From Bugula neritina (lineage: Eukaryota; Animalia; Bryozoa), in assembly GCA_964035545.1 (NCBI GenBank), contig OZ037767.1, positions 14,698,998 to 14,762,997 of the forward strand: 64,000 bases of DNA. The letters are read 5' to 3'. The translations under genes and the position numbers were made by a program. Position 1 is the first letter of the stretch. The number at the start of each line of letters is the position of its first letter. Below the pieces are notes generated by a model that saw nothing but the letters and a program-made list of their open reading frames with translations, searched no databases and had not been told where the DNA came from. Shown here piece after piece: positions 1 to 10,821 of this stretch.

Positions 1-341
1 TCGATTATTCTTGTAAGTCAAATACAGCTTTAGTCTGCTTTCAATGTTTTCAAATTACATTTCAGATAAAATTGTGTTTTATTTTATTTGAGTTTTCAAG
101 AGTTGCCTGTTTTCAACATGAGATATGAAAAGACGTGCTTTCTTGCCACTAAACAGCTTTTTATTATGATTGGAACTTTGAGACTTGCTGGCAAAGATTT
201 GAGCATCAAAATATAAATTTCACAATATGGGAGAGTGAAATGCATTATGTGAATGAAAATATTATGCTATTTTTAGGTTTTTGTAATTTTTTACTAATTC
301 TGTAAAACTACATGCTATGACGTTGTATTCGAAGCTGTTAA

Positions 342-494
342 TCAGAATTGTTCTATAGGCAGCTTCGAGTTTGGGGTCAATAAGTGCAGGAGTATAGGGT
401 TCTCAAGTTTGGAGACCTAACTCTAAACTTAATAACCCCAGACTACTGCACTCAATAACTCCATCTCGGAGCTGTCCATAGAACAAATATCTGA
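342..494. mobile_element. ~150-bp imperfect foldback palindrome (MITE-like)
   Basis: Left arm TCAGAATTGTTCTATAGGCAGCT..GGGGTCAATAAGTGCAGGAGTATAGGGTTCTCAAGTTTGGAG pairs with the right arm CTCTAAACTTAATAACCCCAGACTACTGCACTCAATAACTCC..AGCTGTCCATAGAACAAATATCTGA, around a short ACCTAA loop. Confidence 0.6.
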
Positions 495-545
495 ATCATA
501 AAAAAGTGTAGCAAAGAGCTTTCAAATCATCTGAATATTTTACAG

Positions 546-2449
546 GTGTCTACAGTTGATGTCCCTAACAGCTATCTGTATTGGGTATGAAGTATATCAG
601 GCAAAGCTTCCCAATGGTGGCACTACACCAAATCCATGCAAACCGGGCACTCTGTGGGTGGGCTTGGGTCACATGACACCGATGGGTGGCGGAAACAGAA
701 ACAAGTTTGCCACTGACTTCCACGATGTTTACGGAGAGGTAAGCGAACCTTTCCCTAACTAACTTAGAATAATTTGTTGAAATGTGAATTATACCTGTAG
801 CAGCTTCTAACCTAACGTTAAATTTCTCTTGTGAAATTACTTGATAACTGCAGGTATGGAATGTGGCATTATGTAATGCTGACTCAGATGGAGATGGGCT
901 GACTAATGGAATGGAGCTTGGCGACCCCAACTGTACTTGGACTGAAGGTGAAAACTAGTCTGGTTTTATCCCCTAAGTTGTAGTAGTTTAGACTATTCAA
1001 ATTAAAGATAGTTTTGAGATAACTTTCAACTTGATTGTTAAAGCACTACTAAATGAATTTAACATTAGTAAAAAGATACCATAGAAATTGAGTTACTAAA
1101 ATAGCTTAAAACAGGGGGGGGGGCAACTGAGGGCTTCAGGGCTACTTGTGGCCTTTTACCCATTTTTCAGTAGCGCTTTAAATAAAAACTGTCACTTTTA
1201 TTCTGATTAACACAGCATAGGTTTGGTGATAAATTACTTTATTATAATAAAATTCAATATGTGTACAATCTTATGGCCCTTTGTTTTGGCTGACTTCTAA
1301 ACTTGGCCCTCGAGTAAAAGAAGTTGCCCACCTATGGCTTAAAAGCATCTGTTAGGTAGAACTATATGGAAACCTTTGACTCCAGCTTTCGTTTGGTTTC
1401 TAAGCTGAAACTATACCAACATCAATTGTTAGTTAAATTATAAGCAAAAAATAGGTTTATTTTTCATTGTTACCCCCTGTTACCTTTGAAACATTTAAAT
1501 TAGATCTTATTTGACTTTTGAGTCTAAATTTAGTACATCAACTGCCTGAAACAAGCCAAATCAATTCATGTTCTGATTACAGACAACTGATAATGCATTT
1601 ATATTACTTTCTATCAGTTGATGACATTTTCTTAAGTAGATAAAGTCACGGCTGATATAATTCTGTTTACTCTATTTCATGGTTCACAAGATATTCTAAT
1701 ATATTCTAAAAGCTTCTTCAACTTCTGCTAATCTGACAGTTTAAGTACCAGATTAGAACATAAATACGGGGCTGAATAATTTATTGGCATGGTTAGTTAT
1801 AGAAGTGTTTTGATGTACAGATTTATTAGTTTGCTAGAGCAGTTCTCTCTTAAATAGTGCGGCATGATTAATCAACAAGTTTAATACTAAAGGTAAGGTC
1901 AATAATATTTTTACTAATTTTCAAAGTTTAAAAGTTGAGCAAAACAGTTTTCAATGAAAAGAAGTTTTATATAAATTCTATAAAACTGGTGCCCCACTGG
2001 GATTCGAACCCAAGACCTCCGGCTTGCGAGCAGGCGTACTACCACTACACCACAAAGACCACTGGGTAAACTCAACACTACTAATTCATCAACTTGGTAG
2101 TTAACCGTCTCCTTCCAGACTAAACATATTTTCAGTTGTCAACTTATGACACTGAGAATTACCATGTTGTTTGATCTTTAAAGGTGACCCAGCACCTGGC
2201 AGTTCTTCTACCATTAGTCACCCGGGTATTTGTGAGCCCACCGACACCAAGGAGTGCACTGAAAGGAACCAAGGCTTTAACCTTGAAGGATGTGAAGTCT
2301 ATGTAACCACGACCCCACACGACCACGACCACGATCACATACACATTGGAGATGTTTCTACGGACAGCCAAAATGGCTCTACTAATCTCCACTTTTCTTT
2401 TCTTGTTTTTACATTGTTTGCTTTTTGTTTAATTGTTGCAGTTTTTTAA
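546..2449 (+). CDS. Temptin-like protein, copy 1, with His/Asp-rich spacer and GPI-like C-terminal tail (first coding exon not identified)
   Basis: Exons 546-738, 854-947 and 2184-2449 are GT-AG with consistent phases. Temptin motifs: LPNG..PNPCKP..WVGLGH..GGGNRNKFA.DF; W..LCNADSDGDGLTNGMELGDPNCTW; ISHPGIC. Ends in hydrophobic FSFLVFTLFAFCLIVAVF*. Confidence 0.88.
1112..1336. mobile_element. Non-autonomous hAT-type DNA transposon (MITE) in temptin-1 intron
   Basis: Termini CAGGGG..GGGCAAC / GTTGCCCACCTATG are imperfect TIRs, flanked by an exact 8-bp direct repeat GCTTAAAA (1104-1111 and 1337-1344). Confidence 0.8.
1988..2068 (-). mobile_element. tRNA-derived SINE head / tRNA pseudogene (family A), copy 1
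   Basis: Minus strand reads GGTCTTTGTGGTGTAGTGGTAGTACGCCTGCTCGCAAGCCGGAGGTCTTGGGTTCGAATCCCAGTGGGGCA. A and B boxes and T-arm are present, but acceptor-stem pairing is poor. A homologous copy lies at 12264-12342. Confidence 0.72.
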
Positions 2450-3969
2450 AAAGCATAGACTTTGCTTCAAGTGCATTGCTTAAATTCTACAAGTTTTGTA
2501 ATCTATTCTAAGTTTTGTTTACTAAATAAATTCTACTTTGGTAGATTTAGCGTTGTGGCCAGTTGTTTTAATGCTGAGAAAATTTTAGATCTTGCAGCTA
2601 AATTATAAATAGTTTCTAACTAGAATCTTGAAATAAATAATATCTCTATAATTACGCAATACAAAACAGTAAAAGAGCATAATATATAATATATGTAAAT
2701 ATTATAATATAAACTATGTATTTTTCCATTGCATCATTGTCTATAACAATTAGGCTGTAAGAGTGGGTTTTGTGAGAAAAATAAAGTGTGTAAAGGTAGC
2801 TTAGCAACAATCTATAGATTGATAAATGTAGAGGTGTGGTTTGGTTTAAATAATAAAATATATCAGCTCTTATAACTATATTAAAAGAAAACGATATATA
2901 TAATATCAGCAACACCTAATTAATAATAATTATTATTTTCATAACATATTTAATGAAATCAATATATAAATTGTTTACAAAAAAGAGGAAAATTTAGGCA
3001 ATCTCTCCTAAGAACGATCTTAATATTGAAAACTCAAATAGGAAAATAATATAGTTATACTTATAGTGTAGAGACTGATGTTGAATACCGAGTTGGAATT
3101 ATGAGCTTATGAATACCAGCCGTGGGCTGGTGGCTGACCATCGGCCTACTTGCGCCTCTTCTTCACATCTCACCTCTTTATTCTTTTCATAAAGTTAAAA
3201 TTAAGATTTAAACTGGTAAAAAGCGCTTGAAGCCTAACTTTGCAAAACAAAGATGTAAACCTAGCTATATTAAAATTTAGAATCAGCACTTTTAGTACAT
3301 ATTATCAACAGCTAAAATATGAACTTCCTGTATACTGAAATTTGCAAAACTTTCTCATTGGATTTTTGTAGACAAGCTGGTTGCATGCTTAGAGCATAGT
3401 CTAATCTCTTGAATAAAATCACTTGGCAACAAACATATAGCAAAACAAGCTAGGTCCTTAAACATTTTTCTTTATTTCATGTTGTTTAATGCAAATATTT
3501 ATATTTATTTTTGGTTACTAGCTATCACAAAAACTTATTGGTTTTTAAAGTTTATGTTGTGTTTATGTCTTTTTGAAATTAATTGTTGCTTTTAGTTTTG
3601 CTGGTGTGGTGTAAACACTATAAAATGATGAATTAGGAAAGATTTACTTAGAGAAATGCCAGGATAATTGAAAATTTTTCTAGTAGGATTGACAATATTC
3701 CTGGTTATTATGCTAATTCATCCTAGTAGAAATGCCAATTGCAGTATCTTTTATTAAAGATACCAATTGCAATCTCTCCTAGGAAAGATGCTAACTGCAA
3801 TCTCTCCTAAGAAAGATGCTAATTGAAAATTCAGTTAGAAGAATAGCCTATTATACTAGTAGAGACTGCAATGTGCACCAATTTTCTTGTGAAAATGATG
3901 GATATTGGGATGGTCTAGTTATTCTCATAGCGTAGTCTGTCAGTATAACTACTTGAACGTGAGAACACA

Positions 3970-4630
3970 AATTGCATTACATTACAGTACACTGCATTCC
4001 ATTATATATTACATTACAGTACACTGCATTGCATTACATTACGTTATACTACATTGCATTAATCTACACTGCATTCCATTATATATTGCATTACAGTACA
4101 CTGCATTGCATTACATTATGTTATACTACATTGCATTAATCTACACTGCATTCCATTATATATTACATTACAGTACACTGCAGTGCATCACATTACGTTA
4201 TACTACATTGCATTAATCTACACTGCATTCCATTATATATTACATTACAGTACACTGCAGTGCATCACATTACGTTATACTACATTGCATTAATCTACAC
4301 TGCATTCCATTATATATTACATTACAGTACACTGCAGTGCATCACATTACGTTATACTACATTGCATTAATCTACACTGCATTCCATTATATATTACATT
4401 ACAGTACACTGCATTGCATTAATCTACACTGCATTCCATTATATATTGCATTACATTACACCGCATTGATTTGCATCGAATTGCATTACATTGCACTACA
4501 TTTTATTGCACTAAATTGCATTGCATTCTATTATATTACAGTACATATTGTGCTAAAATACATTATATATAATGTTAAATTAGACTGCATTGCATTACAT
4601 TACATTACATTTCATTAGATTGCATTATAT
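3970..4630. repeat. Pentamer-based (ATTGC/ATTAC) minisatellite with ~68-bp superunits
   Basis: Repeated CATTGCATTACATTAC / TACACTGCATTCCATTATATATTACATTACAG blocks. Confidence 0.9.
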
Positions 4631-5039
4631 ACTTTGAGTATGACATTAAGTTGCATGATCAATATTTGATACAAGTAATAACAGAAAATTCTACTTTAAA
4701 GCTTGATGCTATAAACTTTTTGCTGTGCACTATGTCATAGAAATTTAAATTTATCATTAGGATTGTAAAATTTTTCTGCTCAAGTTCAACAATTAAAACT
4801 AATTAGCCAGTTTTACAGTTGTAAAAAACAGAAATATTTAAGCAATGCGAAACCGCATCCAAATAATGAAGGAAGAAATTTGATGTGCTTTTTCTGAAGA
4901 AACACAATTGCTTCATATCTAAGGCTTTTGTGCTGCGATAACAGCTTCTATCTAATAATTTCATCAACTCTTTCTGCAGAGTAAATACTTTACCCAAGGA
5001 TGTTGAATCATATATGGAGAAGGTTTGTTGTCTCTTCAA

Positions 5040-5302
5040 CAGTTGTAGCAGTAACAGTAGTAGGAGTAACACTAACAGCTAGTAATAGCAGTAACAGTAG
5101 TAGCAGTAACAGTTGTAGTAGCGGTAACAGCTATAGTAGTGGTAACAGTAGTTGTGGTATCAGTAGTAGCAGTAACTGTAGTGGGAGTAACAGCTAGTAG
5201 TAGCAGTAACAGTAGTAGCAGTAACAGTTGTTTCAGTAACAGTTGTAGTAGCAGTAGTAGTGGTAACAGTAGCAGTAGCAGCAATAGAAGCAGCAGTTGT
5301 AG
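5040..5302. repeat. Degenerate AGT/AGC/AAC trinucleotide low-complexity tract
   Basis: Runs of AGTAGCAGTAAC; source of the spurious poly-S/L/T ORFs. Confidence 0.9.
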
Positions 5303-5452
5303 TATTCCATTTAGGGCAACTGATAAACTATAAATACAGATAAAAGTCCCAATTTTGATGCCAACCATGAGAAAATGAATCTCCTTTTAATGCAGCAGAT
5401 TGCGGATAAAGCAACTTGTACTGCTATGTAGTATATGTTTGTTTGTTTGTAG

Positions 5453-6672
5453 CCTTGAACTGATGATGGTACTAGTAGTCATTTCATCTGGATTTCAGAC
5501 ATTCCAGAGTGAAATACCAAATGGAGACAAAATTCCTCACCCTTGTCAGCCCGGGAAGACATGGATCGGAGTAGGCCATCAAAATTATCAAGGATCAGGA
5601 GCTAGAAACCCTTTTGGTGTGGCCTTTAAAGCTGCTAATACCGTGAGTAAACATTTCAACACCCCAACACCTTTGTTAGGTGCAACAACTGTGGATGTCA
5701 TGTAGTGCATCTTGTCACTGTACAATTAGAAATTTACTTAGTCTGTGGTCTAACTGAGTTATATACTCAGCTTGTGGAAGGGATAGCTAGACACAAGTAA
5801 AACTAGATAAACTGATAATACTGATAAACTAGTTTTAGTCCTCTCTATAGATTGAAGGAGCAGGGTATTCATGGAAGACCAATAGACTAACTTGATTAAC
5901 CTCCTAATTTAAATGATAATTTTGTGATCAACTTTTTTTTACAACTTTCAGCATACTGCCTTAAGGTAGAGCTGCCAGTTTATTATGATTATATTAACAT
6001 GAAGTAATGTGACTTTGTTTTAGACATGGACAACAGTTCTGTGTAATGCTGACTCAGATGGAGATGGTAAGACCAATGGGGAAGAGCTGGGAGACCCAGG
6101 CTGTACCTGGAGCAGCGGAGGTTTGTTGAATAATTGTAGACTAAACTTTTAGTTATTGTTTTCTATAAGAAACCCTGTTTTAAAAGCTTATTTTGGGATA
6201 GCAATCAGTGCATTAGAATAAATATATGTTCAGCAATTTTTCTATATGCAATACAAAAACTAGTCTATAATAAATTTGCCTAAATTTGGTCCAACAATGT
6301 AGAGCTTCAATCATATCGATTTCGAATGTTGCTGTAAAATCTTATCATATAATAGCCTCACTAGTTTTATTAAACTGATTGATAAAGTTATTATCAATTT
6401 ATTATGTTGAAGGATGCAATTATAGTTTATCAATTAAAGTATAATAAAATTAAATATTTGACTTGTTAGAGGCTGCTGAACGAACCACAGACCTCTCTCA
6501 CCCCGGAGTATGTGAACCTGTGGATTCAGCAAAGTGCAAGCAGAGCAACACCTGGGATCTCGGATGTCCTGCAAGCCAGAAGGCATTTGCTGTCAGGCAT
6601 CAGTCTGATTATCTCCTCTTTTTTCTGAGTTCTGGCATAGTCTTAATGGTTCTCTGTTTGGCTCTTTTTTGA
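5453..6672 (+). CDS. Temptin-like protein, copy 2, GPI-like tail (first coding exon not firmly identified)
   Basis: Exons 5453-5642, 6024-6120 and 6470-6672, with the same intron phases as copy 1. FQSEIPNGDKIPHPCQPGKTWIGVGH..GSGARNPFG; WTTVLCNADSDGDGKTNGEELGDPGCTW; LSHPGVC; hydrophobic C-terminus. Confidence 0.9.
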
Positions 6673-8367
6673 CAGTTGCTTGAGTCTGGAATTACCAGCT
6701 AGGGTCTTTTATGTTATACTTCGATTTTTCTTAACATCCCCAAGCCTGTCTTAAAAAACTTTAAACATAAAGAAGAAAATAAATTTTTGCTCTAAAAGCT
6801 CTTTCTGGTTCTAATATATTCTACTGAAGTATAAATGTATATCAGTGGTTATATAAATAAAACTACAAAGTATTTCATTTAAAAATATATATTTTGCTTC
6901 CTTTACTTCTGTTTTATCCATATATTTGTTACATTTTAGTTCACTTATAGCATATTATAATACATGTTTTAAATGCGTGCTAAATGAATAAATGAAATGC
7001 TTTAACAAGCTAATATTGTCACCATATAGCAGTATATATTGTGAAATTAGTTGTTAAATATAAAATTAGAGTTGTATTTTCATGCTGTGTTTCTCTCACG
7101 AGTTGGTATAATAAGTAACAGATCGCTAAGGGAAATGAAAATTATTTATAGTTAAAATATTTTAACACATTTAACTATAAATGCAAAAAATACAAAATAG
7201 AAAACTTCTAATTACATTTTACATTCTGCACATGATCTGCTGATTTTAAAGAAATTTTATTTTTTATAACTTTTACAACAATTTTGTAGTTTTCTAAAAC
7301 ATATAATATCATAACATCAAAAAGTTCACTTTCTTTTTACTAGCTTCTCATGCATATATATCATATGTAATATGCTATATAATATCTTGCAATTCAACCA
7401 AATTTTAAATATAACTTTCCTACAATATATATAAATTTATTTCACAATATAAATTATATAATATTATAATGAAATATACCAGCGGCAAAATATTACAACT
7501 ATTATACTTTTTATATTTTTTCATTTTTGCAAAATTATTTATGATTAGCAACCTATACTTCAATATTACATAATTCTAACATACAGGCATAAATATAGTG
7601 TGAATAAATTACACCTATAGCAAAAAGATAGCTCCTTAAACTAAAAGTCTACAGTTGACAAAGGTATAGTCTATTAAGCTATAATATATTATGATGTTAT
7701 TTCATTTACATAATATGGTAATGTGAATTTATATCCTTTCTAGATCCAATATGTATAGTAAGAAAAACCGCTGTCATAACCTCACATGCATGACTAGTTA
7801 TATTCCGGGTGGCATAGAATCGTAACTTTTATACAAATTTGCTACGTAATTTCCAGCTATAATGCAGTTTGAAATGTAACAATGGAACATTATTTAACAA
7901 TAAAATATTTTTATTAATCTATACAGTATTGTTCTAAACAAAGTTGTAACCAATGTTTGTAGGAGCATAACTAAATTTAGACCAGGAGTCTATTGAAACT
8001 ACAACTAATATACTAGCTGCACCATTTACATGAGTTTTCACAGATCAAGGACAGAGTACTGATAGTAATGTTCCGTCAATGTCTATTACGCATCATAAGG
8101 TTTGTTTCAGAACAACAATTATTGCTTATGCAACCAATAAAGTAAAACAACAAGTAAAAAAAATTATGTAACAAATTCATTATTTTTACTATAAAATAAT
8201 ACAAACAGAGAAATGTAGAAAAATTGGGAAGAATGCTTATATATTGTAATGTAACAAAGTTTGATCACGAATTACTAACAGTATGTGTATATTTAATACA
8301 GCTTTTAGTAGCATAAACATTTCCATTGTCTCAATTATTTATGCACATAACAAAATTATTGTTTTAG

Positions 8368-10243
8368 TGTCTTACTAGCCATACCAACACTTATTTGTTA
8401 CGACTACCATTTGGGGTTTGCACCGAATGATGACATAGTTCCCCACCCTTGTGACACAGGAAAGTTCATTTGGCAAAACTTGACATATTTAGATCCAAAC
8501 GGAACTGAAAACTCTTTTGGCAGAGATGTGACCCATACTGCCTACTCAGCTGCAGTGAGTATGGTTAGAGAATGATACACCATATAACTCACGCGGGAGA
8601 AACTCCTGATGGAAAAGGTTTTTTGTTAAATCAGGTTAAGGACTTATTCATATGTGGTGCAAGAGCAATTATGACTGGATGCTCTTCCGAACATCACCAA
8701 TGGCCTTTGTTAGGTTCGTACCCATGACTTCGTGTTTACTAGGCCACAGCTGTAATCTCTGGACCACAGCTGTTCCCTCAATGATTCACACACATATAAT
8801 GTAGCTGCACTAAAGTTGTAGAACTGTAAAAAGCCAAAGTCAGTGTAGTTGAAAACAGATATAGAAATGAAAAGACTTCATGCAAAACTAAAATTCTGTA
8901 AAAACAACTATAAAGGATTTAGAATATTCAACATTACTTATATATATATTTATTTATGTGGTTCTAAATAAGACAGATTTGACTAAATTCTTGGCTTTTA
9001 TTAAATACTGCTATATATGTTTTGTGTCTACTCAAAATTACAATTAATATGACTTTATTTAGAAAGAGCGCAATGGGTTTAGTTCCAATTAATGAAGGTA
9101 TTTTTGTGAAAAAGATTAAAATGTAGCAGACAGTCAAAAAGTATACGTTACATGTTTGTATAATTTAACTCAGCATTGGGCAGATAAAGTTTTCGATGGA
9201 AACGTGAGTCTGTGTGAAATGGATTCAGATGGAGATGGAAAAACTAATGGAGAAGAATTAGGTGACCCTGACTGTGTGTGGATTCGAGGAGGTTTGTGAA
9301 ATGTCTTGTCTTTTTCTAATATGACATTAGTTTTGCTGAATTAAGAAGCAATCACCACCCGTTTGTTCCAATAAGAAAAAATACTCATTTTTGTTTGAAA
9401 ATTTGCATTCTATGATCTATGAACAAGAGCACAACACAAACAAATTTTACTCGACGCCTTTAGAAATGATTGTTGTCAAGCTAGAAATAAATAACTTTAA
9501 GTTACTATAGTTTATGTCTACTTTTAATTATATACAGTGTTATAACTGCAGTAATTGCACCTCGTACGTTTGTAACTCACTTAAACAGCAAGCTGTGTGA
9601 TGGTGCTATAGTTGAGAGATTAAAATTGCCCTGCATGTTCCAGACGTACAACGTAGAAGGCCAAAGTTCATGGGAAGTGCTGACCTTAGCTAATTTATTG
9701 AAAGCATTTGCTCAAAATTTGAAAGAAATAGATAGTTATAGAGATTAATCAAAAGAGATGCTTTTATTTACCTGTCAGGTAAATTGTGTAATTGTCAAAC
9801 TAAATGTCCAAATATTTATTTAACAGTAAATCACTATTCAACTCAAAGTTTGCAGTTTCCTAAACTACGTTCGAGTTGTTGGCTAAGCAATCTGTAGTAA
9901 GCAATATTTTGATACTCATAATCTATCGTGATCATGTAATTGTGTATTTGCAAGTCATGTGACTGTATCATATCCTATCAACCATCAACAATGTGCTTCT
10001 CTAGAAAACATCACTGGAGTTGCCCTCTCCCACCCCGGAGTCTGTGATCCTATAACCTCTGCAAAGTGTAAGGAGGGTAATGTTTGGCTCCCGGAATGCT
10101 CCAAAACAAAGCAGGAGAACCAGCAACCTGAACTAATTCCGGAGAACCAAATTATTATACAATCTGGTGCTTTGACGATCCAAAGCTTTCAGTCTGAAGT
10201 TATTCTTTCTACTCTCACACTATTTTACCTGGTTTTTGTTTAA
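8368..10243 (+). CDS. Temptin-like protein, copy 3 (divergent), GPI-like tail
   Basis: Exons 8368-8554 (..PNDDIVPHPCDTGKFIWQNLTYLDPNGTENSFGRD..), 9174-9291 (HW..LCEMDSDGDGKTNGEELGDPDCVW) and 10005-10243 (LSHPGVC..SGA..VILSTLTLFYLVFV*). Same phases as copies 1 and 2. Confidence 0.82.
8586..8778 (-). mobile_element. SINE family B (tRNA-like head plus conserved body), copy 1
   Basis: Shares AACTCCTGAT..AAGGACTTATTCA..GAGCAATTATGACTGGATGCTCTT..AACATCACCAA..ACCCATGACTTCGTGTTTACTAGGC with 36690-36903 and 59540-59710. The minus-strand 5' end has A/B-box-like motifs. Confidence 0.75.
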
Positions 10244-10821
10244 GAAGTCGTCAAAACATTACTAGATAAGGAGAGAACAAATCCGCACCTCACTTTTAAC
10301 AGACACAACTGGTTTTTTAATCTCACAAGTTAAAAATAACTGCTAATTGTTACAGTGTTTTTGAAAAGTTAAAAAAGTTACAAGACTCCATTAATTTTAT
10401 AGATATATATTTTAAATAAGTTGAAGATTTTTTTACAAACAGCTCAATGTTTATAAATAAAAGATCACTGAAGAAAAACAATTTATTTTGCTAATGCTTT
10501 GTGAAAAAACATTAAAACATTACGTTTTGAATCAAAAAGTTAAAGTCTTTTCTCACTAATTGTTACTCTGACTATAAAATTATATAAAGTTATCTGTTCT
10601 ATTTATACTCTTATGAAATTACACATATTGGAATTATCTCCTCGCCTCAAATTGCTCTGAAATCTAATTAATGTGCAAAAGTTCAATATAATTTGAGACT
10701 ATCCATTCTAGTCAATACCCTTTTACAAGAAGTTCAAAGTATTTGTAAAGGAGCTGGCTCTACCAATAAGATTGGCTATAACATTTTCATTTACTTAGAA
10801 TAATATAATGTACAGTTGAAG

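Noticed and set aside
1988-2068. Functional tRNA gene
   Set aside because: Acceptor and anticodon stems pair poorly and a diverged second copy exists; better explained as a SINE or pseudogene. tRNAscan-SE would settle it.
5000-5368. Ser-, Leu- and Thr-rich ORFs
   Set aside because: Trinucleotide low-complexity tract upstream of the temptin-2 acceptor.
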